Below are positions 20,256-29,301 of a DNA stretch of 64,000 nucleotides, piece after piece (the stretch's first letter is position 1; each line of letters starts with the position of its first letter). The translations under genes were made by a program, and so were the position numbers. Source of the stretch: Syntrophomonadaceae bacterium (GTDB taxonomy: Bacteria > Bacillota > Syntrophomonadia > Syntrophomonadales > DTU052); contig JAAYEQ010000048.1 of the NCBI GenBank assembly GCA_012728655.1, positions 51,328 through 115,327 on the forward strand. The letters run 5' to 3'. The notes below the pieces were generated by a model, which searched no databases, had not been told where the DNA came from, and worked only from the letters and a program-made list of their open reading frames with translations.

Positions 20256-20999
20256 ATGAGGAAGCTATCACCGTCAATTGGTATTTATGTGGGCTTGGTC
20301 ACAACCCTGGCCTTTCTGGCAACGGTCAGCACCTTTTTGCCGCAGGGCACATACTTGCCATTGCAGGAACTTCCCGCCTCCAAACCGGTAATTGCCCTGG
20401 TAAATGCATTAACTATGCTGGTTCTCTATGGGGGACTGGGATACATCGGATTAAGGCTCGCGCAAAAAGTGGGGTTTGCCGAGGTATGGGATGCCGAAGT
20501 ATCCAACCGGCAAAGGTTTCTAATCCCTGCATCAATCGGAGTTGGCCTCGGGATATTTTTTGTCCTCGCGGATGCCGTATTCAGCCGCCTTCACTCGCTG
20601 GGGCCGCTCCCTCATCCCCCGTTTCCCACTTCGCTGGTGGCTTCGGCTGTGGCCGGTATTGGAGAAGAGATAGTTTTCCGCTTGTTTTTCATATCCTTTT
20701 TTACCTGGCTTGTATCCCATGTGATACTGAAAAAGAAATGGGAAGTCGAGGTATTCTGGGCGGTTGCAGTTTTTTCAGCCTTGGCCTTTGCTGCAGGTCA
20801 CATCCCCTCAGTCATGATTCTTTCAGGTTTGAATATGGTAAATGACATGCCCTTTGCACTGTTGGCCGAGATTTTCCTCCTCAATGGGGTCTTATCCCTT
20901 TTTGCTGCTTATTACTTCAGAAAGTACGGTTTTCTCGCTGCTGTGGGCATACATTTTTGGACCAATATAATCTGGCATGTTGTTTATGGATTGTTCTGA
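20256..20999 (+). CDS. CPBP/CAAX-protease-like intramembrane glutamic endopeptidase
   Basis: EEIVFR, FAAGH, AVGIHFWTN motifs; multi-TM; GGAGGTGA RBS. Confidence 0.85.
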   Translation: MRKLSPSIGIYVGLVTTLAFLATVSTFLPQGTYLPLQELPASKPVIALVNALTMLVLYGGLGYIGLRLAQKVGFAEVWDAEVSNRQRFLIPASIGVGLGIFFVLADAVFSRLHSLGPLPHPPFPTSLVASAVAGIGEEIVFRLFFISFFTWLVSHVILKKKWEVEVFWAVAVFSALAFAAGHIPSVMILSGLNMVNDMPFALLAEIFLLNGVLSLFAAYYFRKYGFLAAVGIHFWTNIIWHVVYGLF

Positions 21000-21030
21000 T
21001 CAGGGACGGATTTCCCGTTTGCCTGTTTAT

Positions 21031-21954
21031 TTAGGTTGATTCTTGCTTCTTCTTTGCTGCCAGATTGGCCACCCGGGCTTTTAAATTCAACAGATATGTA
21101 GCCTCCGGCTGCTTAAGTTCCTGGTTGCCGTCAAACTGTTCCGCTTTCACCCGCTGAACGACACGCTCAATCGAACCCTGTTCCTCATCAAGCAGTTCGT
21201 ATACCCGTTCCTTGAATCGCATGGTTTCGCGAAGAGATTGCTCAAAATAACGCCTGATTTCTTCCTCGCCCACCATACAGGCATAGTGCCCCTGACAATA
21301 GACTTCGACCGGGAGCACGGCCAATCGCTGAAGCGAGGACAAATAGGTGTCGTAGTCGGACACGAATTCAGGGGAAATGGTGTTGGGACCGTAATAGACC
21401 CCGGCTGCTTCGCCGGCGATCAAGATTTTTTCCTGCGGCAGGTAAAAACTGTGGTGATCCTGGGTGTGCCCCGGAGTTGCCATAACCTCCACCGTGGTCC
21501 CGTCTCCCAGATCAAACACCTGCCCATCCTGAAGCTCAATATCGACCTTAAAAGGAGAGAAAGGCTCATTAACCAGATGATCCTCAACCCCCGGAATCAC
21601 TGCACGGATCTCGCCTGCGGCCGCCTCATTCAGCTCTCGGATTAGGGCCAGGGCATTGGGTCGTCTGACTACTTCGGCTACCAAAGCGGATGCTGCGACC
21701 TTCATGTCCGGGAAGGCCTTTTTCAGGGTGGATACCGAGCCGCAGTGGTCCCAGTGGGAATGAGTAAGGAACAGTATGGAGGGCTGACGATTGCCAAGCA
21801 CGGATTTTATGGCCTCAACGTAGAGTTTTCCCGCACAGCTTAATCCGGCATCGAATACTGCCGGCTGCGGACGATCGAGAAGAAAAACCGGAAAGTCCGG
21901 GTGTAAGAGATAATAAAGCTTATGTTTGATGTGACCGCTTTTCCTGATTACCAT
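21031..21954 (-). CDS. Metallo-beta-lactamase-fold hydrolase
   Basis: THSHWDH, TPGHT, QGH metal ligands. Confidence 0.88.
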   Translation of the reverse strand: MVIRKSGHIKHKLYYLLHPDFPVFLLDRPQPAVFDAGLSCAGKLYVEAIKSVLGNRQPSILFLTHSHWDHCGSVSTLKKAFPDMKVAASALVAEVVRRPNALALIRELNEAAAGEIRAVIPGVEDHLVNEPFSPFKVDIELQDGQVFDLGDGTTVEVMATPGHTQDHHSFYLPQEKILIAGEAAGVYYGPNTISPEFVSDYDTYLSSLQRLAVLPVEVYCQGHYACMVGEEEIRRYFEQSLRETMRFKERVYELLDEEQGSIERVVQRVKAEQFDGNQELKQPEATYLLNLKARVANLAAKKKQEST

Positions 21955-22206
21955 GAAGAAACCTCCTGAGCAGGACTGCTGTTATAGGAAAAAGAAACCT
22001 GAATAAATGGTAATAGACCAGCCCGATCCTTACAACCCCAATGTATTGGATAATGGCCGGTCTGGATTAATAATTGCCCCATATTATGAGGTTTTTGCGA
22101 GGACCCTGGGTCAGGACACCCATTTTCTGTGCCGGGAAACTGATAAAATATTATAGAAGCTGGGGGATACAGTGAATGTCCTGATTATAGAAAGGAATGG
22201 AGCTAT

Positions 22207-22650
22207 ATGAATACCGAAACGCAAAACCTGGGGATTGATGAACGGCTTTTTTGTGATATTCTGTCCACCGCTGAACACAATACCGCTTTGCACACCATGG
22301 GGATAAGCATTACCTACCTGGGACCGGGAACGGCTGGACTAAAGATGTTTTGTGACCCCAAATTCTCCAATCATATGGGATCCATTCACGGTGCCGTAAT
22401 CGCCGGTCTGATTGACAATGCGATGGGATTGTCCATGGAGTCCAGCGGCAGAAGAGGCGTGACTTTGGAGATGAGCATAAACTACATAGCCCCGGTCATG
22501 GAAAACACAGTGGTTACCGCTGAAGGACGCGTAGTTTATGCCGGAAAAAAGACGGCGGTAATTGAGGCCTCATTGTTTACCGAAAACGGCGAACTTGCCG
22601 CCAAGGGCAAGGGCACTTTCTATTTACGCCCCGAAACGAACAACGGTTAA
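22207..22650 (+). CDS. PaaI-family hotdog thioesterase
   Basis: N..G.IHGAVIAGLIDNAMG, TLEMSINYIAPV. Confidence 0.88.
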   Translation: MNTETQNLGIDERLFCDILSTAEHNTALHTMGISITYLGPGTAGLKMFCDPKFSNHMGSIHGAVIAGLIDNAMGLSMESSGRRGVTLEMSINYIAPVMENTVVTAEGRVVYAGKKTAVIEASLFTENGELAAKGKGTFYLRPETNNG

Positions 22651-22734
22651 ATCCATACTGTGTGATATCCGGGAATTGGTCATAAAGCCGTGCTGCGACC
22701 TTTGCCTGCGGGTCTTCGATTCGCGGTCCTGAAG

Positions 22735-22764
22735 GTATAATGTCCAAGATTATCAGAAAACATA
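22735..22764 (+). promoter_or_regulatory. sigmaF-like forespore promoter of ytfI
   Basis: GTATA-N15-AGAAAACATA. Confidence 0.45.
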
Positions 22765-22792
22765 GGAAAAAATCGGCGCGAGTGGAGCAGGT

Positions 22793-23476
22793 TTGTTAAA
22801 GTGGGCTGTAATCGGCTTTGCTCTTTTCGTCTTCTTGCTGCTGGCCGCCGTCATCAGGGTCCTGGTGGAATTCCGGATCGGGGTGGAGGATAGCGGGCTG
22901 CGTGTTGAAGTCACCCTGGGGCCAAGGCTCTTTCGAAAAGAATTGTCCCTGGAAGAGCTTATAACCGGTCTTAGCCGCGGTGGTTCGGACTCGGGGCGGA
23001 TGAAAGCGGGAGAAGCCGAAACCATTAAAGGTCCGGAAGCGGACCGTCCGCATACGGCCTCCCGGGATATCCGCAGGCAATTAAAACAGGGTATGATGCT
23101 GCGCCGCGAAATCAAACGGCGGCCCTGGTTGTCACGGATGACAAGATCGGCGGTTGAAATAAGAATAATAAGATGGCGGAGCGTTGTAGGACTGGACGAT
23201 GCTATGCACACCGCTCTGACTGCCGGTACCCTCTGGATTATCAAAGGGTGGATTCTGGCTCTGCTGTCCTGCCTGAGCAGGCTTCACCGCCCCCAGATCG
23301 AAGTGATCCCCGCCTTCGACGGCCGGAGGGCGGAGAGCACTCTACACTGTGAGATTTCATTGCGCCTGGCGTACCTGGTGGTAATAATGCCGGCGATATA
23401 TTTTTTGTATCGTCGAACTTCATCCCTCTTTGACGGTTCCCGAAGAGTGGAGACCGAGTACGCAACCGGTCTATAA
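22793..23476 (+). CDS. ytfI: DUF2953 sporulation protein (YtfI-like)
   Basis: N-terminal TM, VGLDDAMHTALTAG motif, position near gerW. Confidence 0.75.
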   Translation: MLKWAVIGFALFVFLLLAAVIRVLVEFRIGVEDSGLRVEVTLGPRLFRKELSLEELITGLSRGGSDSGRMKAGEAETIKGPEADRPHTASRDIRRQLKQGMMLRREIKRRPWLSRMTRSAVEIRIIRWRSVVGLDDAMHTALTAGTLWIIKGWILALLSCLSRLHRPQIEVIPAFDGRRAESTLHCEISLRLAYLVVIMPAIYFLYRRTSSLFDGSRRVETEYATGL

Positions 23477-24034
23477 TCTTAGGCCCGAGTTCAACAAAAG
23501 CTTGCGCAAGGCTTTGCGTGCCCGGTGTATCCTTACCTCTACGTTGGCCTTCTTTATTCCCAGGATGTCCGCTATTTCCTGATTGCAGAAATCCATCTGA
23601 TAACGCAGGATCAATATAACCCGGTAGTTCTCGGGCAGTTCATCCACGGCGTTCCAGATATGCCGGGTCAATTCCTTTTGTTGCAGAACTGTAAGGGGAT
23701 TGGTATTGCTCTGCCGGCTGTCGGTCGATTCCAATGCGGATTCATCGGAAAAGCCGAAGTTGGTTGGCCTCCTGCTGCGCAGCCTGCTGATACAGGCGTT
23801 CAGGGTGATGCGGTAAAGCCAGGAGGAGAACTTTTTCTGGGGGTTGAACTGATGGGCTTTACTGTATAAGGTAGTGAAGACCTCCTGGGCGATATCCTCG
23901 GCTTCCTCCTTCTGTCCCATCATGCGGTAAGCGGTTTTGTATACGGTCTTATGATATCGGTTGAGCAGTATCTCAAAGGCTTGGGTATCACCATGCCCAA
24001 GCTGAACCGCCAGGGTTTCATCGGGGATGTCCAT
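23471..24034 (-). CDS. ECF sigma-70 family sigma factor
   Basis: Region 2 AEDIAQEVF..FSSWLYRITLN and region 4 EIADILG..VEVRIHRARKAL; GGGAGG before ATG 24034. Confidence 0.9.
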   Translation of the reverse strand: MDIPDETLAVQLGHGDTQAFEILLNRYHKTVYKTAYRMMGQKEEAEDIAQEVFTTLYSKAHQFNPQKKFSSWLYRITLNACISRLRSRRPTNFGFSDESALESTDSRQSNTNPLTVLQQKELTRHIWNAVDELPENYRVILILRYQMDFCNQEIADILGIKKANVEVRIHRARKALRKLLLNSGLRL

Positions 24035-24148
24035 TGCTTCCTCCCAATGTAATGGCAATGCCGGAGTTTTACGGAGAGATTTCTGCCTTTATCAAGTATA
24101 CAGTAAATAGGACGGTAGGTATATAAGAAATTGGCGAGGATTGGCACT

Positions 24149-24178
24149 GCATAGCGGCGGGAGAAAAGGCTCATATTA
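24149..24178 (+). promoter_or_regulatory. sigmaG/F-like promoter of gerW
   Basis: GCATA-N18-CATATTA. Confidence 0.6.
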
Positions 24179-24212
24179 TGAATATCCATTCTTAGAACAA
24201 GGAGGCAATTTC

Positions 24213-24626
24213 TTGGAGAACACCGGAAGTCATCCCATTGAGAACTTAATGAATACCGCCATGGAAAACATCAAACAAATGATAGATGTAAACACCGTTG
24301 TGGGGAATGCGGTCGAGACCAAAACCGGCGCCGTAATTATACCCATCTCTCAGGTCAGCTGCGGTTTTGCCGCCGGCGGTGCCGAGTATGAGACCGCTAC
24401 CGCCACTCAGGTTCAGGGGGAAGGATATTTGCCCTTTGGCGGCGGCAGCGGTGCCGGGGTTTCGGTAAAACCGGTGGGATTTCTGGTGGTCAAGGATAAT
24501 GACGTTCGCCTTTTGACCGTTAAGGGCAACCAACTGGCGGAACGGGTGGTGGATCTGACCCCTCAAATACTGGAGAAGATCGAAGCCTTGATGAAAGGAC
24601 GGCAAAAGGAAGTACCGCTGTCCTAA
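24213..24626 (+). CDS. gerW: GerW/YtfJ sporulation-germination protein
   Basis: HPIENLMNTAMENIKQMIDVNTVVG, PFGGGSGAGVSVKPVGFLV; GGAGG before TTG 24213. Confidence 0.92.
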   Translation: MENTGSHPIENLMNTAMENIKQMIDVNTVVGNAVETKTGAVIIPISQVSCGFAAGGAEYETATATQVQGEGYLPFGGGSGAGVSVKPVGFLVVKDNDVRLLTVKGNQLAERVVDLTPQILEKIEALMKGRQKEVPLS

Positions 24627-24689
24627 CCTAAGTCCCGCTATTACCCTGTATGGCTGTCACCGCTCTGCTGGCAAAGGGTTCTAATTTTG

Positions 24690-24733
24690 GACTTCCCCTC
24701 ATAGCCTACAAAAAAAGGTTATGGGGGGAAGTC
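24690..24733 (+). promoter_or_regulatory. 18-bp hairpin sequestering the spmA RBS; sigmaE-like -10 (CATAGCCT) in its 5' arm
   Basis: GACTTCCCCTCATAGCCT pairs fully (2 G-U) with AGGTTATGGGGGGAAGTC; ATG at 24735. Confidence 0.7.
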
Positions 24734-24734
24734 T

Positions 24735-25322
24735 ATGCTGAACTATATATGGCTGGCCTTGCTCCTGTCGGGAATTGCAGTCGCCGCCATAAACGGAAAT
24801 ATTGAGGTGGTGACCCAGACCGCACTGCAGTCGGCCAACGATGCGGTGGCTATTTGCATCAACCTCATTGGGGTTATGTGTTTATGGCTGGGAATAATGC
24901 GCATCGGGGAAAAAGCCGGCCTTATCGAAGCCCTTTCCCGATTGGTCCGGCCGATTATGGTGCGGCTGTTTCCTTCTGTTCCATCGGATCATCCGGCTCT
25001 CGGAGCCATCATAATGAACCTGTCCGCCAACATCCTGGGTTTGGGTTCGGCGGCTACCCCCTTTGGGCTAAAAGCCATGCAGGAACTGCAGAAGTTGAAC
25101 GGTGGTCGCAAGCAGGCATCCGAGGCGATGTGCACCTTCCTGGCACTGAATACCTCGTGCATTACCTTGATTCCCGCTACCATAATCGCGGTACGGGTCA
25201 ATTTCAATTCCGCCAATCCCACCGAAATTGTGGGCCCAACCATTTTTGCCACCGGTTGCTCCATGATTATGGCGGTCCTGGTTGACTACCTGTTCCGCCG
25301 GGCCAACCGCAGGACGATCTAG
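24735..25322 (+). CDS. spmA: Spore maturation protein A
   Basis: MLNYIW, ANILGLGSAATPFGLKAMQELQ. Confidence 0.93.
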   Translation: MLNYIWLALLLSGIAVAAINGNIEVVTQTALQSANDAVAICINLIGVMCLWLGIMRIGEKAGLIEALSRLVRPIMVRLFPSVPSDHPALGAIIMNLSANILGLGSAATPFGLKAMQELQKLNGGRKQASEAMCTFLALNTSCITLIPATIIAVRVNFNSANPTEIVGPTIFATGCSMIMAVLVDYLFRRANRRTI

Positions 25323-25324
25323 CC

Positions 25325-25861
25325 ATGTTCTTGTCCATACTTGATGTAATTTCCCGTTGGGCCATACCGATGCTGCTTTTCCTGGTGCCGCTTTGGGGAA
25401 TTATAAAAAAGGTTCCAGTCTATGAAGCCTTTGTCGAAGGAGCCGAGGAGGGCTTTGGCGTCGGGATCAAGATTATACCGTTCCTGGTGGGGATGCTGGT
25501 ATCCATTTCGGTTTTTCGGGCCTCCGGAGCTTTGGATGTCGTCAGCCGCGCATGTGAACCCCTGCTGGTGAGGCTGGGTGCTCCGGCGGAAGTGCTGCCG
25601 CTGGCTTTCATGCGCCCGCTCTCAGGGAGCGGTGTTCTGGGTATGGCTACCGAATTAATGAAGACATTTGGACCTGATTCGTTTATCGGCAGGCTGGCCA
25701 GCACCATGCAGGGTTCCACCGATACCACTTTCTATGTGCTGACCGTCTATTTTGGTTCGGTAGGCGTTTCCAGGTACCGTTATTCGGTAATAACCGGGCT
25801 TGTTGCCGACATTAGCGGATTGATTGCCTCAATATACATATGCAATGCTCTCTTTCGCTGA
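25325..25861 (+). CDS. spmB: Spore maturation protein B
   Basis: VYEAFVEGA, MRPLSGSG, GSTDTTFYVLTVYFGSVG. Confidence 0.93.
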   Translation: MFLSILDVISRWAIPMLLFLVPLWGIIKKVPVYEAFVEGAEEGFGVGIKIIPFLVGMLVSISVFRASGALDVVSRACEPLLVRLGAPAEVLPLAFMRPLSGSGVLGMATELMKTFGPDSFIGRLASTMQGSTDTTFYVLTVYFGSVGVSRYRYSVITGLVADISGLIASIYICNALFR

Positions 25862-25941
25862 AGGAGGCTCGTATATAAAAAAGTTTGACCTCCTGGTCCC
25901 AAAAATTTTGTATAGTTAATAATAGATTCTGTACTGGATAT

Positions 25942-25968
25942 ACAGGAAAACTTTGTGAAATATCGAAT
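25942..25968 (+). promoter_or_regulatory. sigmaH-like promoter of the chemoreceptor gene
   Basis: ACAGGAAAA..TCGAAT (AGGA-N17-GAAT). Confidence 0.55.
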
Positions 25969-26006
25969 TTATTCATAGGAACACGAAATAAGGGGGAGGC
26001 GGAGCA

Positions 26007-26864
26007 ATGGCTAATGTAGCGATAGTTGGGGCCGGAAAGGGAGGTACATCAATTCTGAAAGCTTTTGCCGGAATTGCCGGTATAAACGTGGTTGGCATAT
26101 GTGATGTCAATCCCGATGCTCCCGGGATGAAGGCGGCGCGTGAACTGGGTGTTCGAGCATTTACGGACATCGAAGGAATTATCAGTCAGAGCGACCTCGA
26201 TGTAATCTTTGAAGCGACGGGAAACGAAAAGGTCAGACAAACCATTGACGAAAAGAAGAGTGATCATACCGCCCTGATTGACTCCCACGCCGCCAACATC
26301 GTGATGATGCTGGTCGAGTCACGTGAGGAGATGATAAACAAACTGCACGTGGAAGCGGAAAACCTCTCCCGGACCGCGGAGAAACTGGCTCAGACCGTTG
26401 CCGAGGTGGGTGCGACGGTGCAGGAGGTGGCGGCTTCCGCAGTCAGGATTGCCGACCAGGGGGCTCAGTTAATGGAATCTGCCAACATAGCTCAGAGCCA
26501 TCTGGGCGAGACCGGGGAGGTACTGGATTTTATCCGAACGGTTGCCCAGCAGACCAAGCTCCTGGGACTTAATGCGGCGATTGAAGCCGCCCGCGCCGGG
26601 GAGCAGGGACGCGGTTTTGCCGTCGTTGCGGACGAGGTGCGCAAGCTGGCGGAAGACAGCACCGCATCGGTGGAAAGGATCGCCCCTGTTTTGGACAATA
26701 TTGAAAAATCCATGCAGACTATAATCAAAGGCGTGGCCGAATCCGGGGAAATAACCCAGAGACAGGCGGCTTCAACAGAGGAGGTTTCAGCCAACATCCA
26801 ACGGGTGCAGGAAATGGTTGATTCACTGGCCCGGCTGGCCAAGAACCTGGCTGAAATCAGCTGA
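26007..26864 (+). CDS. Soluble methyl-accepting chemotaxis protein with N-terminal Rossmann (NAD-binding-like) domain
   Basis: [17 protein letters not shown]-terminus; [31 protein letters not shown] hairpin tip; no TM segment. Confidence 0.85.
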   Translation: MANVAIVGAGKGGTSILKAFAGIAGINVVGICDVNPDAPGMKAARELGVRAFTDIEGIISQSDLDVIFEATGNEKVRQTIDEKKSDHTALIDSHAANIVMMLVESREEMINKLHVEAENLSRTAEKLAQTVAEVGATVQEVAASAVRIADQGAQLMESANIAQSHLGETGEVLDFIRTVAQQTKLLGLNAAIEAARAGEQGRGFAVVADEVRKLAEDSTASVERIAPVLDNIEKSMQTIIKGVAESGEITQRQAASTEEVSANIQRVQEMVDSLARLAKNLAEIS

Positions 26865-26953
26865 TAACCAACAGGGATGAAAACCCGCCATACCCGGCAA
26901 GCGCTCAGGTGAATTTCATATGGCTTGTATAAAGAATTGATGCTGAAAGGAAG

Positions 26954-27700
26954 ATGGAGACGAGATTAGCCAAGGCTTTGGCCCGGGCAGGGATAAGTTC
27001 CCGAAGAAAGGCAGAAGAGTTGATAAAGCAGGGATTGGTTACGGTAAACGGCAGGGTGATAACGGAGCCGGGTACGGTAATTGATCCGGATTCCGATGTG
27101 GTTAGTGTCGATGGAAAGCCGATTTGCCGGGAGAAAAGTGTTTATCTTCTGCTGAACAAACCGGCCGGCTATATATCAAGCGTGAAGGATGATCGCGGAC
27201 GAAAAACAGTGCTGGACCTCCTGCCGGATAGAAAAGAGCGGCTCTTTCCCGTGGGCCGATTGGATTATGATACCCGCGGGCTGCTGCTGCTGACTAATGA
27301 CGGCGATTTTGCCAACCTCATGTCCCACCCTCGTTATCGTATCGCCAAAGTGTATCATGCTCGGTGTCGGGGTAAGGTTGCTCCGGAGGCAATAAATAAA
27401 CTGCAACAGGGAATTCTATTGGATGGGGAGCCCACTCTTCCGGCGCGGGTGAAGGTGCTGAGACAATCGAAGCAGGAAACCCTGTTGGAGATTGAACTCC
27501 ACGAAGGGCGTAAGCGACAGGTCAAAAGAATGATGATGGAAGTAGGACACCCGGTAATTGAACTGATGAGAGTAAGATTCGGCCCCCTTGATCTAAAGGG
27601 GGTGCCGGAAGGGAAGTACCGGTTATTGACCGATGATGAGGTCGAGACGATGAGACGGCTGGCGCTCGGAAAGGTGGATTCCCGGCATCGGCAGGGATGA
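26954..27700 (+). CDS. rluB: rRNA pseudouridine synthase (RsuA/RluB family)
   Basis: S4 domain SRRKAEELI, GRLD catalytic motif, EGRKRQVKRM. Confidence 0.9.
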   Translation: METRLAKALARAGISSRRKAEELIKQGLVTVNGRVITEPGTVIDPDSDVVSVDGKPICREKSVYLLLNKPAGYISSVKDDRGRKTVLDLLPDRKERLFPVGRLDYDTRGLLLLTNDGDFANLMSHPRYRIAKVYHARCRGKVAPEAINKLQQGILLDGEPTLPARVKVLRQSKQETLLEIELHEGRKRQVKRMMMEVGHPVIELMRVRFGPLDLKGVPEGKYRLLTDDEVETMRRLALGKVDSRHRQG

Positions 27701-27842
27701 TCCGACTTGCCGCCAAAACACCGACAGGCTGCAGATTCGAATCGGTAATCAACATAAATATTTGGGCTGTAAGCCGGCGCATCTCCATGGTTCGCAGGCC
27801 GGGGCTCTGGCCGCCGGATTTGGCGAATGATTTCAGAGTTTT

Positions 27843-27870
27843 GCAGGATTTGTGCCGGTGCAAGGAGAAT
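27843..27870 (+). promoter_or_regulatory. sigmaH-like promoter
   Basis: GCAGGATTT..GGAGAAT (AGGA-N18-GAAT). Confidence 0.5.
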
Positions 27871-27908
27871 TAAGGTCAGACTCGGACATCCTTGACGGGA
27901 GGGATTGG

Positions 27909-28373
27909 GTGAGGTCCATAATCAATGAGGAAGAGACGGTTGGTAAATTGAAGCTGCGGGTGAGATTTGATTATAAAGGTTGGGCCAAACCAAACCGCTT
28001 TCCTTTCAGGTCAAAGAGTGTGGAAGAAATTGCAGAACAGACCAGGGAACAGAAGGTAGCGCTGCTGAGGAATGTCCCGGTGCAGGGCATCCAGGTCGAC
28101 GAGATAATTATGAACGATGAAGTGTACACAGTGTATGATGAACTCAAGGGTGTGACGGTGGGATATGCGCCGGTTTGGATCGAGTTTACCGCCGATTCCC
28201 TTGAAGACGCGGTTCACTTTGTCATGAAAGAGGAATTCCGCAAAGTGGAGATAATTGAACCCAGTCACCTCACTTTAAACAAGCTGGACATTGAACGATT
28301 ACTGTTCAGGGTTAATGAAGAACTGAAGGCCTACAAAGCCTATATTGAAAGGAAGCTTGAGTATTGGAGATAA
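27909..28373 (+). CDS. Hypothetical cytoplasmic protein
   Basis: Protein-like ORF with GGGAGGG RBS before GTG 27909; no family recognised. Confidence 0.7.
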   Translation: MRSIINEEETVGKLKLRVRFDYKGWAKPNRFPFRSKSVEEIAEQTREQKVALLRNVPVQGIQVDEIIMNDEVYTVYDELKGVTVGYAPVWIEFTADSLEDAVHFVMKEEFRKVEIIEPSHLTLNKLDIERLLFRVNEELKAYKAYIERKLEYWR

Positions 28374-28467
28374 CTGCCAGTCCGGGAAGGCCTGCTTAAA
28401 AACTAAAAGTGGTGTTATTTCGGCCGCGCTTGTCTGCGGTCGAATTGTATTCAAGGGGGAGTAAAGA

Positions 28468-29214
28468 ATGAACAGGGAGCGCTTGCGCCAGATCCTCCAG
28501 GACCTGGCAGACCATAGGCTGTCGGTGGATGAAGCAATGGATGCCCTCAAAATCCTGCCGTTTCAAGACCTGGGATACGCCAAGCTTGACAATCATCGGG
28601 CACTGCGTGACAACTTTCCGGAAGTGATCTATTGCCCCGGCAAAACCCCGCAGGAGGTGGCCGAATTGGTTGCCCATCTACACCAAGCCCGGCAGAATGT
28701 GATCGCCACCAGGGCCGATGCGGAAACCTATCAAGCCGTGGCCCAAGCGGTGCCCCAAGCGGAGTATGATGAGCGCTCGCGCATGATAACAGTGGTCAAC
28801 AACCCGGTCTCCGGGTTGGGTACCGTGGCGGTTATCACGGCTGGAACCGCGGACATCCCGGTGGCGGAGGAGGCCGCCCGCAGTTTGGAGATAATGGGGG
28901 CCACCGTTAACCGCATTTATGATGTGGGGGTAGCCGGGATCCACCGGTTATTGGAGCGGATCAGTGACCTGAACCGGGCTCAGGTGCTGGTGGTGGTCGC
29001 AGGCATGGACGGTGCCCTGCCCAGTGTGGTGGGGGGATTAACTTCGCGTCCGGTTATTGCCGTGCCGACCAGTGTGGGTTACGGTGCCAACTTCGGCGGC
29101 CTGTCCGCACTCTTAACTATGCTCAATTCCTGCGCCTCCGGGGTTGGGGTAGTCAATATCGACAACGGCTTCGGTGCCGCCGCCCTCGCTTGTGCCATCC
29201 TCAACAGCAGATAG
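28468..29214 (+). CDS. larB: LarB / PurE-like carboxylase (nickel-pincer cofactor biosynthesis)
   Basis: FPEVIYCPGKT, AGTADIPVAEEA, VAGMDGALPSVVGG, NSCASGVGVVNIDNGFGAA. Confidence 0.9.
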   Translation: MNRERLRQILQDLADHRLSVDEAMDALKILPFQDLGYAKLDNHRALRDNFPEVIYCPGKTPQEVAELVAHLHQARQNVIATRADAETYQAVAQAVPQAEYDERSRMITVVNNPVSGLGTVAVITAGTADIPVAEEAARSLEIMGATVNRIYDVGVAGIHRLLERISDLNRAQVLVVVAGMDGALPSVVGGLTSRPVIAVPTSVGYGANFGGLSALLTMLNSCASGVGVVNIDNGFGAAALACAILNSR

Positions 29215-29301
29215 TGCTTTCTCCGCTGCCGCCATTTCTGGGATAAATTGACCGGGGGAGTCATAACATAGTGGTGAGACTCTCAATGGGGCTGATTCCG
29301 C

